A DNA stretch of 32,000 nucleotides from Psychrobacter sp. DM4 (GTDB taxonomy: Bacteria > Pseudomonadota > Gammaproteobacteria > Pseudomonadales > Moraxellaceae): positions 1,230,001 through 1,262,000 of the forward strand of contig NZ_CP195536.1 in NCBI RefSeq assembly GCF_051307035.1. The letters are read 5' to 3'. Position 1 is the stretch's first letter. Each line of letters starts with the position of its first letter. This document shows, piece by piece, positions 7,665-15,482 of this stretch. The notes below the pieces were generated by a model, which saw only the letters and a program-made list of their open reading frames with translations, did no database searches and had not been told where the DNA came from. Both the position numbers and the translations under genes were made by a program.

Positions 7665-8408
7665 CTAGCCTTCAAGTTCTGGTCGAGCTCTTTTAAGCGT
7701 TGCTAATAATGATGCTTCAAATCGTCCTTCTTCAAAGACAACCAAACCTGAATGCGCGCCACAAAAATTACGCACTTCACACCAGTCGTGTGCTAGCTGT
7801 GCTAACCAATCACAATATTGCTCGCCAGCATTGGGCTCATCTTTGAGCGCCTTTAGCGTTGCTGGATGCAAATTCAACTCTGCCTGTACATCATTAAACA
7901 ATTTTGATGGTGGAATCTCAAAAGTATCATCAACATGTATCGTTCGACTGGCAGGATGAAAGACGAGTAACGAGCTGGCATGGACGCTATCATCAGGGGC
8001 AATGTAATGAAGGCCTTTGGGCACAGAGAATTTAAGTTCAGGATAGCGCTGGGCTACCGCGTCACTTTCAACCAAGTCCTCTGACCAGTCGACTTTGGGC
8101 GCTTGCTTGGGATGACGGCTACTGCCATAAAATATCGCTTGCGGAAAGTCTTTTGCCATCTGTTCACAGTGCACCGTATGAAAGGGATGGACGTTCAAAA
8201 CGGCTTCAACGTCCGCACCATCATTAGTTAGCGCCATGACCTCTGCGCGTACATCACCAGTCAAGGTATAGCTATCCAAAAAAATAAACTTCCCTGATGC
8301 CAGCTTTATGAGTGAGGACTGATTACCTATATCAATTATGCTACTTCTCACAAATGAGCCACGAATGCTCCAAAATCCTGCGCCTAAATCATGAATTTGA
8401 TCTCTCAT
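7665..8408 (-). CDS. DUF4336-like protein, paralogue A
   Basis: 247 aa, collinear with paralogue B and roughly two-thirds identical by eye. A 35-bp gap separates it from B. Confidence 0.7.
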   Translation of the reverse strand: MRDQIHDLGAGFWSIRGSFVRSSIIDIGNQSSLIKLASGKFIFLDSYTLTGDVRAEVMALTNDGADVEAVLNVHPFHTVHCEQMAKDFPQAIFYGSSRHPKQAPKVDWSEDLVESDAVAQRYPELKFSVPKGLHYIAPDDSVHASSLLVFHPASRTIHVDDTFEIPPSKLFNDVQAELNLHPATLKALKDEPNAGEQYCDWLAQLAHDWCEVRNFCGAHSGLVVFEEGRFEASLLATLKRARPELEG

Positions 8409-8508
8409 TTATACGTCTCCTTTAATCCATATATGTGATTTTGATGTGTCCAGATAGGGTATTGCATGCTATGAACAGAACATGAAAACATTAGCCAGTT
8501 AAAATCGT

Positions 8509-9438
8509 TTATGAGCACTTTGCATAGTCATAAGCAGATATACGAGAATCTTGACTGTAGTCCTCGTTGCGACATAAAAACCGATCGAAACGCGTATCAT
8601 CATTTAGATATCGTTGCATCCAAGCAATGCTAGGCTTACTCAGTAGTTTCTCGTTGAAGCGATAGCTGGTACAAAAGTGACTGCCGTTATTGATCTCAAT
8701 CTTCATCTTAGGACCAGTAGTGTTTTTATAAAAGATATTGGTATATTTCTCATTAGAGGCAATGCGATCGTTTTCGCAGGCAATAATAAAGGTCGGGGTA
8801 TCGATTGCACCGTAGTCTTTATCGTAATAAGGGGTTGCGGGGATAATAGCACGAATAGCATGACGCTCGGTTGCCAGTCTGAGCGCGCCGCCGCCACCCA
8901 TTGACCAGCCTATAACGCCTAATCGATCGGCGTCGATCATCGATCCCACCGTATCGTCATCGATGATGTGATCAAGCGCTGCGCTCAATTGCTCTGCTCG
9001 GCTATCGGGTTCGTCATAGATTGAGTTGGTATTAATAGTAATGACGACAAAACCCCAGGCGGCCAGACGCGGTCCCCACCACTTGATTGAGGACTCATAG
9101 GACACATAACCGGGCACAACGGCAATAGCCGCCAAAGATCCACAGCCATTGGCATTGGTTGGATAATGAATCGTACCACCACCAAAACCTTGTGCTAATT
9201 TACGCGGTATGCGTTTGGTCATGACTGTAAAAGGACCATTATCGTGAGTTTTTGCGAGATTATCTGCACTGATCTCACTATCGGCAATGCAGCCGGACAA
9301 TGCAGGGTCTGTCGTTAAGAGAGGCATAGGTTCAGAGTTGAGCTGAGCGGCAGTTGGGCTATGATTACAAGCGCTCATAACACATACTAATGTAGCAGCT
9401 ACGCCTACAGCTTTGAGCGTTCCAATAGGATTTTTCAT
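8509..9438 (-). CDS. Dienelactone-hydrolase/cutinase-type polyesterase (PETase/Mors1-like lipase), predicted lipoprotein
   Basis: Lipobox LVCVMSAC. The blocks [49 protein letters not shown] and [13 protein letters not shown], plus a C-terminal Cys pair, align with IsPETase. Confidence 0.9.
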   Translation of the reverse strand: [309 protein letters not shown]

Positions 9439-9485
9439 AGTTAGAATTCTTTATGGCAAGGGTAAAAAGGGCGGTACTGTCTTAA

Positions 9486-9527
9486 AGGTAAATGGTTACT
9501 AAAGTAAGGTAAATAGTTACTAAAGTA
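9486..9527. repeat. 21-bp tandem direct repeat (aggtaaatRgttactaaagta x2), 48-89 bp upstream of the polyesterase start
   Basis: 9486-9506 and 9507-9527 differ at one base. Each unit contains GTAA-N4-TTAC. Confidence 0.9.
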
Positions 9528-9744
9528 AGTCGCTACTGATAATGGACAAAATAATAGCAGACATCTCCCATCAGCGCCTAAATGCTTACGTCTTTTATAC
9601 GCGCTACTAGCATGAGCGTACCTACGACTGTGCTACCATAGCGCGCTTGGCCACACAGCCCTGGCGCGTAATCTGCACTGCGCGACAATATTATCTTTTC
9701 TATTCCTTGCCAGCTATTTGTGGCAAGATACCTCTGATAAAAAT

Positions 9745-11028
9745 ATGAGTACTCGCGTGAATCAAACCCAAGATGATAATCAGGTACAAGATAGTCAGGT
9801 ACAAGAGGACGCTCCCGTCTCTGTCCAGCCCGCTCAAGCTAATATCCCGCAAACCGACTCACCTTCACTAGTATTGAAGCTCACGATTGGTCTGATCGGG
9901 GTATTTGCGTTTTTGCAAGTGTATTCTATCCAAGCCATTTTGCCCGTTCTCATGATTGAGTTTGGAGCCGGTGAGGTTCAACTTGGCATGGTCGTTGGCG
10001 CTACCGTTCTGGCGATTGCGATCATGTCGCCTTTTTTGGGTATGCTGTCCGATGCGATTGGGCGCAAGTCACTTATCGTTGGTGCGCTGATATTTTTGGT
10101 AATACCGACGGCACTTATTGCCCAAAGTCCTAATATTGAATGGATGGGCGCGTGGCGGTTTATGCAAGGGCTGTCCGTGCCCGGTATTACCGTTGTGATC
10201 ATTGCTTACATTGGTGAAGAGTTTGAAGGTCGCGCCATGGCCGAGCTGATGTCTTTTTATGTCTCAGGCTCTGTACTTGGTGGTTTTATGGGCCGATTTA
10301 TATTAGGCCATTTAGAGGAGTTCATTGGCTGGCGTGCCGCTTATTATGCGATGGCAGTCGTGACCCTCATCGGTGCATTATGGGTAGGCAAAGCGCTACC
10401 AGCCTCACGTCAATTCATAGCTAATACTAATTTTCGTTCTGCTATGCAGACCTTGGCCGGGCATCTAATAGACCGCTATGTGGTCACCGCTTCTTTGCTT
10501 GGCTTTTGTGTTTTGTTCTCTTTAGTAGGATGCTTTACCTTTATCAATCTACATTTGGCGAACACGCCGTATGTCCTCAATAGCGGGCAATTGGCTAATA
10601 TATTCACGGTGTATCTAATTGGCGTTATAGTGACGCCGTTATCAATCTCTATACTGCGTCGATTCGGAGCTGCCCGCACGGTTCGAGTAGCGGTTATCGC
10701 CTCGATGTTTGGGGTATTACTGACTTTGTTATCTCCGTTATGGGGCATTGTTTTGGGACTGACAGTGATGTCGACAGGTGTCTTTATTACTCAGTCAGCA
10801 ACCATTAGCTATATCGCAGTCAATGTAAAACAGGGGCGCTCGCTTGCCTCAGGACTATATTACATGAGCTATTATGCTGGCGGGACAATGGGCGCGTGGC
10901 TGTGCGGATTGGCTTACGCTAGTGGACAATGGCAGACCACAGTTATGCTATTACTGTTCGTGCAGCTGCTGGGTTTGCTTGTTTCGGTGTTTGGTATGGT
11001 TAAAACGAAGATGCCTGTGCCTACGTGA
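9745..11028 (+). CDS. MFS transporter
   Basis: About 12 hydrophobic segments and the motif-A-like GMLSDAIGRK. I prefer the ATG at 9745 to the TTG at 9718 used by the track. Confidence 0.85.
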   Translation: MSTRVNQTQDDNQVQDSQVQEDAPVSVQPAQANIPQTDSPSLVLKLTIGLIGVFAFLQVYSIQAILPVLMIEFGAGEVQLGMVVGATVLAIAIMSPFLGMLSDAIGRKSLIVGALIFLVIPTALIAQSPNIEWMGAWRFMQGLSVPGITVVIIAYIGEEFEGRAMAELMSFYVSGSVLGGFMGRFILGHLEEFIGWRAAYYAMAVVTLIGALWVGKALPASRQFIANTNFRSAMQTLAGHLIDRYVVTASLLGFCVLFSLVGCFTFINLHLANTPYVLNSGQLANIFTVYLIGVIVTPLSISILRRFGAARTVRVAVIASMFGVLLTLLSPLWGIVLGLTVMSTGVFITQSATISYIAVNVKQGRSLASGLYYMSYYAGGTMGAWLCGLAYASGQWQTTVMLLLFVQLLGLLVSVFGMVKTKMPVPT

Positions 11029-11238
11029 TGCTGATAAAGCATGCTTACGTAAGCTGACTTTACATAAAACGAGTTTTTTCATACCATCAATTGAGTTTAT
11101 AGTACTGAGTTAGCCTAGAGTAGTTATTGGGCTTATATGACTAAATACTCATTTTTCAAATACGTAACGCTCAATTATTGAACCATTTTGGCTTTAAATC
11201 ACTTATATTTTTATAAACACAACGAGGACGTCAAACCT

Positions 11239-12909
11239 ATGTCAAATCATTATAATAGTGCCCCTTTGGCTTATAATTATCCACTCATCATCAAACAGCT
11301 TCTAAATCGTGCTAAGACGGTCTCACAGGATCAAGAGATCATTTATGCTGACAAGATACGTATGACTTACTCTGATCTGTTTGCACGTATCAATCGATTG
11401 GCAAATGTATTGGCAGATCTAAACCTTGACGCCGGCGACGTCGTTGCCGTCATGGATTGGGATAGCCATCGCTACTTAGAGTCCTACTTTGCGATACCGA
11501 TGTCAGAGTACATCTTGCAAACCGTCAATGTGCGCTTGTCTCCTGAAAAAGTGCTGTATACCATCAATCATGCCAAACCAAAGGTTTTGATGGTCAATTC
11601 TGAGTTTGCGCCCTTGATTAAAGACTACCAGTTTGAAAACTCAAGCATTGAGCATATTATATGGCTTGATGATAATGGTATAACTGTCGAAGGCGTGTTT
11701 GGTGATAATCAAAGCCGTGTCACAGGCGAATACGAGTCGTTGCTCAAAGCTGTGGACGATGAGTTTGATTTCCCAGAATTTGACGAAAACACCATTGCAA
11801 CCACCTTTTATACCTCAGGCACTACGGGCGATCCCAAAGGCGTCTTCTTTAGTCATCGTCAGCTGGTACTCCATAGCATGGCAGAAGCTGCAACGCTCGG
11901 TATGCTCCCAAATAAGCAAGGCGTGAGTTATGGCGATGTCTACATGCCAATGACGCCAATGTTCCATGTACATGCTTGGGGATTTCCGTTTACCGCAACG
12001 ATGGTCGGACTCAAGCAAGTATATCCAGGTCGTTATGCCCCCGATACTTTGTTAGATTTAATTATTAACGAAAAAGTCAGTATTACTCACTGCGTCCCGA
12101 CTATTTTGCAAATGGTGCTGGGTGAGGCCCAAGAACGTAACGCTAGCTTTGGGGGTCTAAAAATGATTATCGGTGGCTCAAAGTTAACCGAAGGCTTAGC
12201 AAAAGCTGCTCTAGCACAAGATATCGAAGTCTACACAGGGTACGGTATGTCAGAGACCGCACCGCTCATTAGCTTGACCGAGTTTAGTCTTGATGAGCCT
12301 GAGATGAGTGAGGAAGAAGACATCGCGCGCCGTTGTATGGCAGGTAAGCCTGTACTTATGGTGGATGCTCAGATATGGAGTGAGAAAAATCAATCAGTCG
12401 GTACGGGTAAAGATAAAACAGGTGAGCTGGTATTACGTGCGCCTTGGCTGACCCAAAGCTACTTCAAAAATGATGACGCGGGTACTGAGCTGTGGGAAAA
12501 CGGCTACATGCACACTCAAGACATCGCCTACATGCGTCCTGATGGCTATATTAATATAACTGATCGCCTAAAAGATGTAATCAAATCAGGTGGCGAATGG
12601 ATATCCTCGCTTGAGATTGAAACGATTTTATCTCTACATCCTTCCGTTGCCGATGTCTCAGTCATCGGGGTAAGGGATAAGCAGTGGGGCGAGCGTCCTA
12701 TGGCTTTGATTGTACTTAAACCTGATGCCAAAGAGACCAGTAGCGATGATATCAAAGCGGTCGCTGAACAAGCAGTCGAGCGCGGTATTATTCCAAAGTA
12801 CGGTATCCCTAGCGAGTTTAAATTCGTTGACGACTTGCCTAAAACCTCAGTTGGTAAACATGACAAGAAGCTGATGCGTGAGATGTACGCCGATCAAACA
12901 GAGATTTGA
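11239..12909 (+). CDS. Fatty-acid/acyl-CoA ligase (AMP-forming, ANL superfamily)
   Basis: YTSGTTGDPKGV, GYGMSET, TQDIAYMRPDGYINITDRLKDVIKSGGEWISS and the C-terminal PKTSVGKHDK. The ATG at 11239 has a GAGGA SD; the track's TTG at 11188 is less likely. Confidence 0.9.
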   Translation: MSNHYNSAPLAYNYPLIIKQLLNRAKTVSQDQEIIYADKIRMTYSDLFARINRLANVLADLNLDAGDVVAVMDWDSHRYLESYFAIPMSEYILQTVNVRLSPEKVLYTINHAKPKVLMVNSEFAPLIKDYQFENSSIEHIIWLDDNGITVEGVFGDNQSRVTGEYESLLKAVDDEFDFPEFDENTIATTFYTSGTTGDPKGVFFSHRQLVLHSMAEAATLGMLPNKQGVSYGDVYMPMTPMFHVHAWGFPFTATMVGLKQVYPGRYAPDTLLDLIINEKVSITHCVPTILQMVLGEAQERNASFGGLKMIIGGSKLTEGLAKAALAQDIEVYTGYGMSETAPLISLTEFSLDEPEMSEEEDIARRCMAGKPVLMVDAQIWSEKNQSVGTGKDKTGELVLRAPWLTQSYFKNDDAGTELWENGYMHTQDIAYMRPDGYINITDRLKDVIKSGGEWISSLEIETILSLHPSVADVSVIGVRDKQWGERPMALIVLKPDAKETSSDDIKAVAEQAVERGIIPKYGIPSEFKFVDDLPKTSVGKHDKKLMREMYADQTEI

Positions 12910-12985
12910 TGCTCTAAAAGCTTTATGAGTTTTGGAGTGTTATAGGTTTGAGAGTTGATTTTTATCGACAGCTCTGCTACATTTT

Positions 12986-13013
12986 AAACCGATACGTTAT
13001 GTATCGGTTTTTC
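12986..13013 (+). terminator. Rho-independent terminator
   Basis: aaaccgatac-gttat-gtatcggttttt: a perfect 10-bp stem followed by a T run. Confidence 0.8.
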
Positions 13014-13183
13014 TATTTTTACAATTGACGTAATACCAATAACAAGGCATAACCGATAAGAATCGTCAGCGTCTTAGCTCAATTTAGTTCAATAACGTTG
13101 TGCTATTGTTGTATAAACGATAAACGATAAACAGATTCAAATGAAAACCGCACCATTTCTTTCTCGAAGCTAAGGATAGCATT

Positions 13184-15232
13184 ATGAATGAGCAAGACAA
13201 CCAGCTGACCTCACAGCAAGACTTCCAAAGCACCGATAGTATTACGGACATTGAGTCACAGAACTTTGCTGATATCTATAAATCCTCTATTAATAATCCT
13301 GATCAGTTTTGGGCTAAGCAGGCAAAACGTATATATTGGCACAAAGAGCCTGAGCAAATTCTTGACGATAGCAATCTACCTTTTGCCAAGTGGTTCGTCG
13401 GCGGTGAGACCAATCTATGCTACAACTGCGTTGACCGTCATCTAAATGGTCGGGCTGAGCAAGATGCTTTTGTTTGGCTTTCATCAGAGATTAACCAAGA
13501 ACTGATGGAGACTTATGTAGGGGTAGAGCAAGCCTTTAGCGACTTGGGCAACAACGTTGAGTTTTATACCGACTACACAAAACGCCGTTTGACCTATAAC
13601 GACCTATATAAAGAGGTCAATTATTTCGCTGATGTCTTGCAGCGCCACGGTGTTGGCAAAGGCGACCGGGTTATCATCTATATGCCCATGATACTTGAAG
13701 CTGCCTATGCAATGCTAGCCTGTGCTCGGGTTGGGGCGATACACTCTGTGGTATTTGGCGGTTTTGCTGCGCATAACCTAGCGATACGTATGGACGATGC
13801 CGAAGCAAAAATGCTTATCACTGTCGATGCAGGTCTACGCGGCAGCAAGGTGATCAATTACAAGAGCTTGGTTAATAAAGGAGTTGAGCAGGCAACCCAT
13901 AAGCCTGAACAGGTGCTGGTGGTGAACCGAGGTATACTGCCGTTCGAAGCGCAGTCCCTAGATATTGATTATGCAACCGAGCGCCGTATCAGCTGCGCGG
14001 CCAATGCTATCGTCGATCCCGTTTGGCTTGAGTCTAATGAGCCGTCATACTTGCTCTATACTTCTGGCACCACAGGTACACCCAAAGGGGTACAACGCGA
14101 CACAGGAGGACATGCGGTAGCGCTGACGACTTCAATGGACTACATTTATGATGGCAAGGCGGGCGAGACTTTTTGGGCAATATCGGATATCGGTTGGGCA
14201 GTTGGTCATTCTTATACTATATATGCACCACTACTAGCAGGTATGACGAGTGTGATGTATGAGGGTCTGCCGCATCGTCCCAATCCTGGTATCTGGTGGC
14301 GTATCGTTGAGGCCAATAAAGTCAATATTCTATTTACCGCGCCTACAGGCGTACGTATGCTCAAAAAACAAGATGAGACGTGGATGACGCGCTATGATGT
14401 CTCAAGTATCAAGTCGTTCTTTTTGGCTGGTGAACCACTTGATGAGTCAACGGCCGAGTGGCTGACCAAGCATCTAGGCGTACCCATTTTGGATCATTAT
14501 TGGCAGACGGAATCTGGCTGGCCCATTCTCAGTCATACGCCTAAATTCGACCACAAACCGCATAAGCAAGGCTCACCAGGCTATCCGATGTACGGCTACA
14601 AAGCCCACATCCTCAACGAAGAAACAGGAGAGCATTGCGCCGCAGGAGAAAAGGGTTTACTCGCTATTAGTGCGCCGTTGCCACCAGGTTGTTTGACTAC
14701 GGTCTGGCAAAATGATAACCGTTTTGTAAGTAGCTACTTTAATCTATTCAACGGTAAAGAATACTCGACCTCAGATTACGCCGTAGCAGATGAGGACGGC
14801 TACTTTTATATTCTAGGTCGTACTGATGACGTCATTAATGTCGCAGGTCATCGCATTGGCACCCAAGAGATTGAAGAGGCAATCAGTACTCATCCTGAGA
14901 TGATAGAGTGTGCGGTCGTCGGTATTCATGACGAGCTAAAGGGCGAGTTGCCTATTGCGTTTTGTGTGATAAAAGATCAGGGACTTACCGAATCAACCGA
15001 GCACCGCTTTCGTTTGGAACAGCAAGTGATCGGCGCTGTGGTAAAATCACTTGGTGGTATAGCAAGACCTGCCGTCGTGTATTTCCCGCAAGCGCTACCT
15101 AAGACGCGTTCAGGTAAGATATTGCGCCGTGCTATTCGAGCGCTAGCTGAGAACAAGCCTACAGGTGATATGTCAACGCTTGATAATCCGCTGGCGATCG
15201 ATGCGGTCAAGCAATCCATGAAAGACTACTAA
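13184..15232 (+). CDS. Propionate/short-chain acyl-CoA synthetase (PrpE/Acs-like)
   Basis: N-terminus PDQFWAKQAKRIYWHKEP...WFVGGETNLCYNCVDRHL, then YTSGTTGTPKGV, YWQTESG and PKTRSGKILRR. AAGGA SD. Confidence 0.85.
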   Translation: MNEQDNQLTSQQDFQSTDSITDIESQNFADIYKSSINNPDQFWAKQAKRIYWHKEPEQILDDSNLPFAKWFVGGETNLCYNCVDRHLNGRAEQDAFVWLSSEINQELMETYVGVEQAFSDLGNNVEFYTDYTKRRLTYNDLYKEVNYFADVLQRHGVGKGDRVIIYMPMILEAAYAMLACARVGAIHSVVFGGFAAHNLAIRMDDAEAKMLITVDAGLRGSKVINYKSLVNKGVEQATHKPEQVLVVNRGILPFEAQSLDIDYATERRISCAANAIVDPVWLESNEPSYLLYTSGTTGTPKGVQRDTGGHAVALTTSMDYIYDGKAGETFWAISDIGWAVGHSYTIYAPLLAGMTSVMYEGLPHRPNPGIWWRIVEANKVNILFTAPTGVRMLKKQDETWMTRYDVSSIKSFFLAGEPLDESTAEWLTKHLGVPILDHYWQTESGWPILSHTPKFDHKPHKQGSPGYPMYGYKAHILNEETGEHCAAGEKGLLAISAPLPPGCLTTVWQNDNRFVSSYFNLFNGKEYSTSDYAVADEDGYFYILGRTDDVINVAGHRIGTQEIEEAISTHPEMIECAVVGIHDELKGELPIAFCVIKDQGLTESTEHRFRLEQQVIGAVVKSLGGIARPAVVYFPQALPKTRSGKILRRAIRALAENKPTGDMSTLDNPLAIDAVKQSMKDY

Positions 15233-15261
15233 TATAATTCTCTATAATGATAAGTTTTATT

Positions 15262-15295
15262 AAAGAGGCTCATGCATTGTCGTGAGCCTTTTTTT
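15262..15295 (+). terminator. Rho-independent terminator
   Basis: aaagaggctca...tgagccttttttt. Confidence 0.75.
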
Positions 15296-15482
15296 AACAT
15301 GAACGTATCAGGCTATAAATCTATAATAAAGCGCTTGACCCTAAAATTGATTTATTGTTATAGTCAATAACGATACGTAATAAATCATTTTAATTACAGT
15401 TTTGTACTTAAACATTCTCATTCCATATACTAATACTATTTTAAACGCTTATTTAAGCACTTAATAAAGATAAGGATATCTT

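Noticed and set aside
8677-9185. Three 64-75-aa ORFs (both strands) inside the polyesterase gene
   Set aside because: They are nested in or opposite a CDS with very strong homology, and I see no independent signals.
6883-9438. Polyesterase/DUF4336 trio as a horizontally acquired island
   Set aside because: There is no flanking tRNA, integrase, IS or direct repeats. Base composition looks like the surroundings by eye. The only hint is the adjacent nnrS relic, which is insufficient.
9486-9527. Tandem repeats as a CRISPR array or VNTR
   Set aside because: There are only two contiguous copies with no spacers, and no cas genes. The same applies to 838-863, 1061-1096 and 6868-6897.
9600-9645. GC-rich inverted repeat (CGCGCTA...TAGCGCG with inner TAGCA/TGCTA) in the MFS leader
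   Set aside because: It has no T-run, so it is not a terminator. I recognise no riboswitch motif. It may be a leader structure or a REP-like element, but I cannot support a call.
9718-9744. TTG-extended N-terminus of the MFS transporter
   Set aside because: There is an ATG at 9745. The extension adds only 9 residues from a rare start. I cannot decide this from sequence, but the ATG is the conservative call.
11188-11238. TTG-extended N-terminus of the acyl-CoA ligase
   Set aside because: The ATG at 11239 has a GAGGA SD at proper spacing. The TTG start has none.
12546-12866. 106-aa minus-strand ORF inside the acyl-CoA ligase gene
   Set aside because: It is antisense to a conserved CDS, with no SD or family resemblance.
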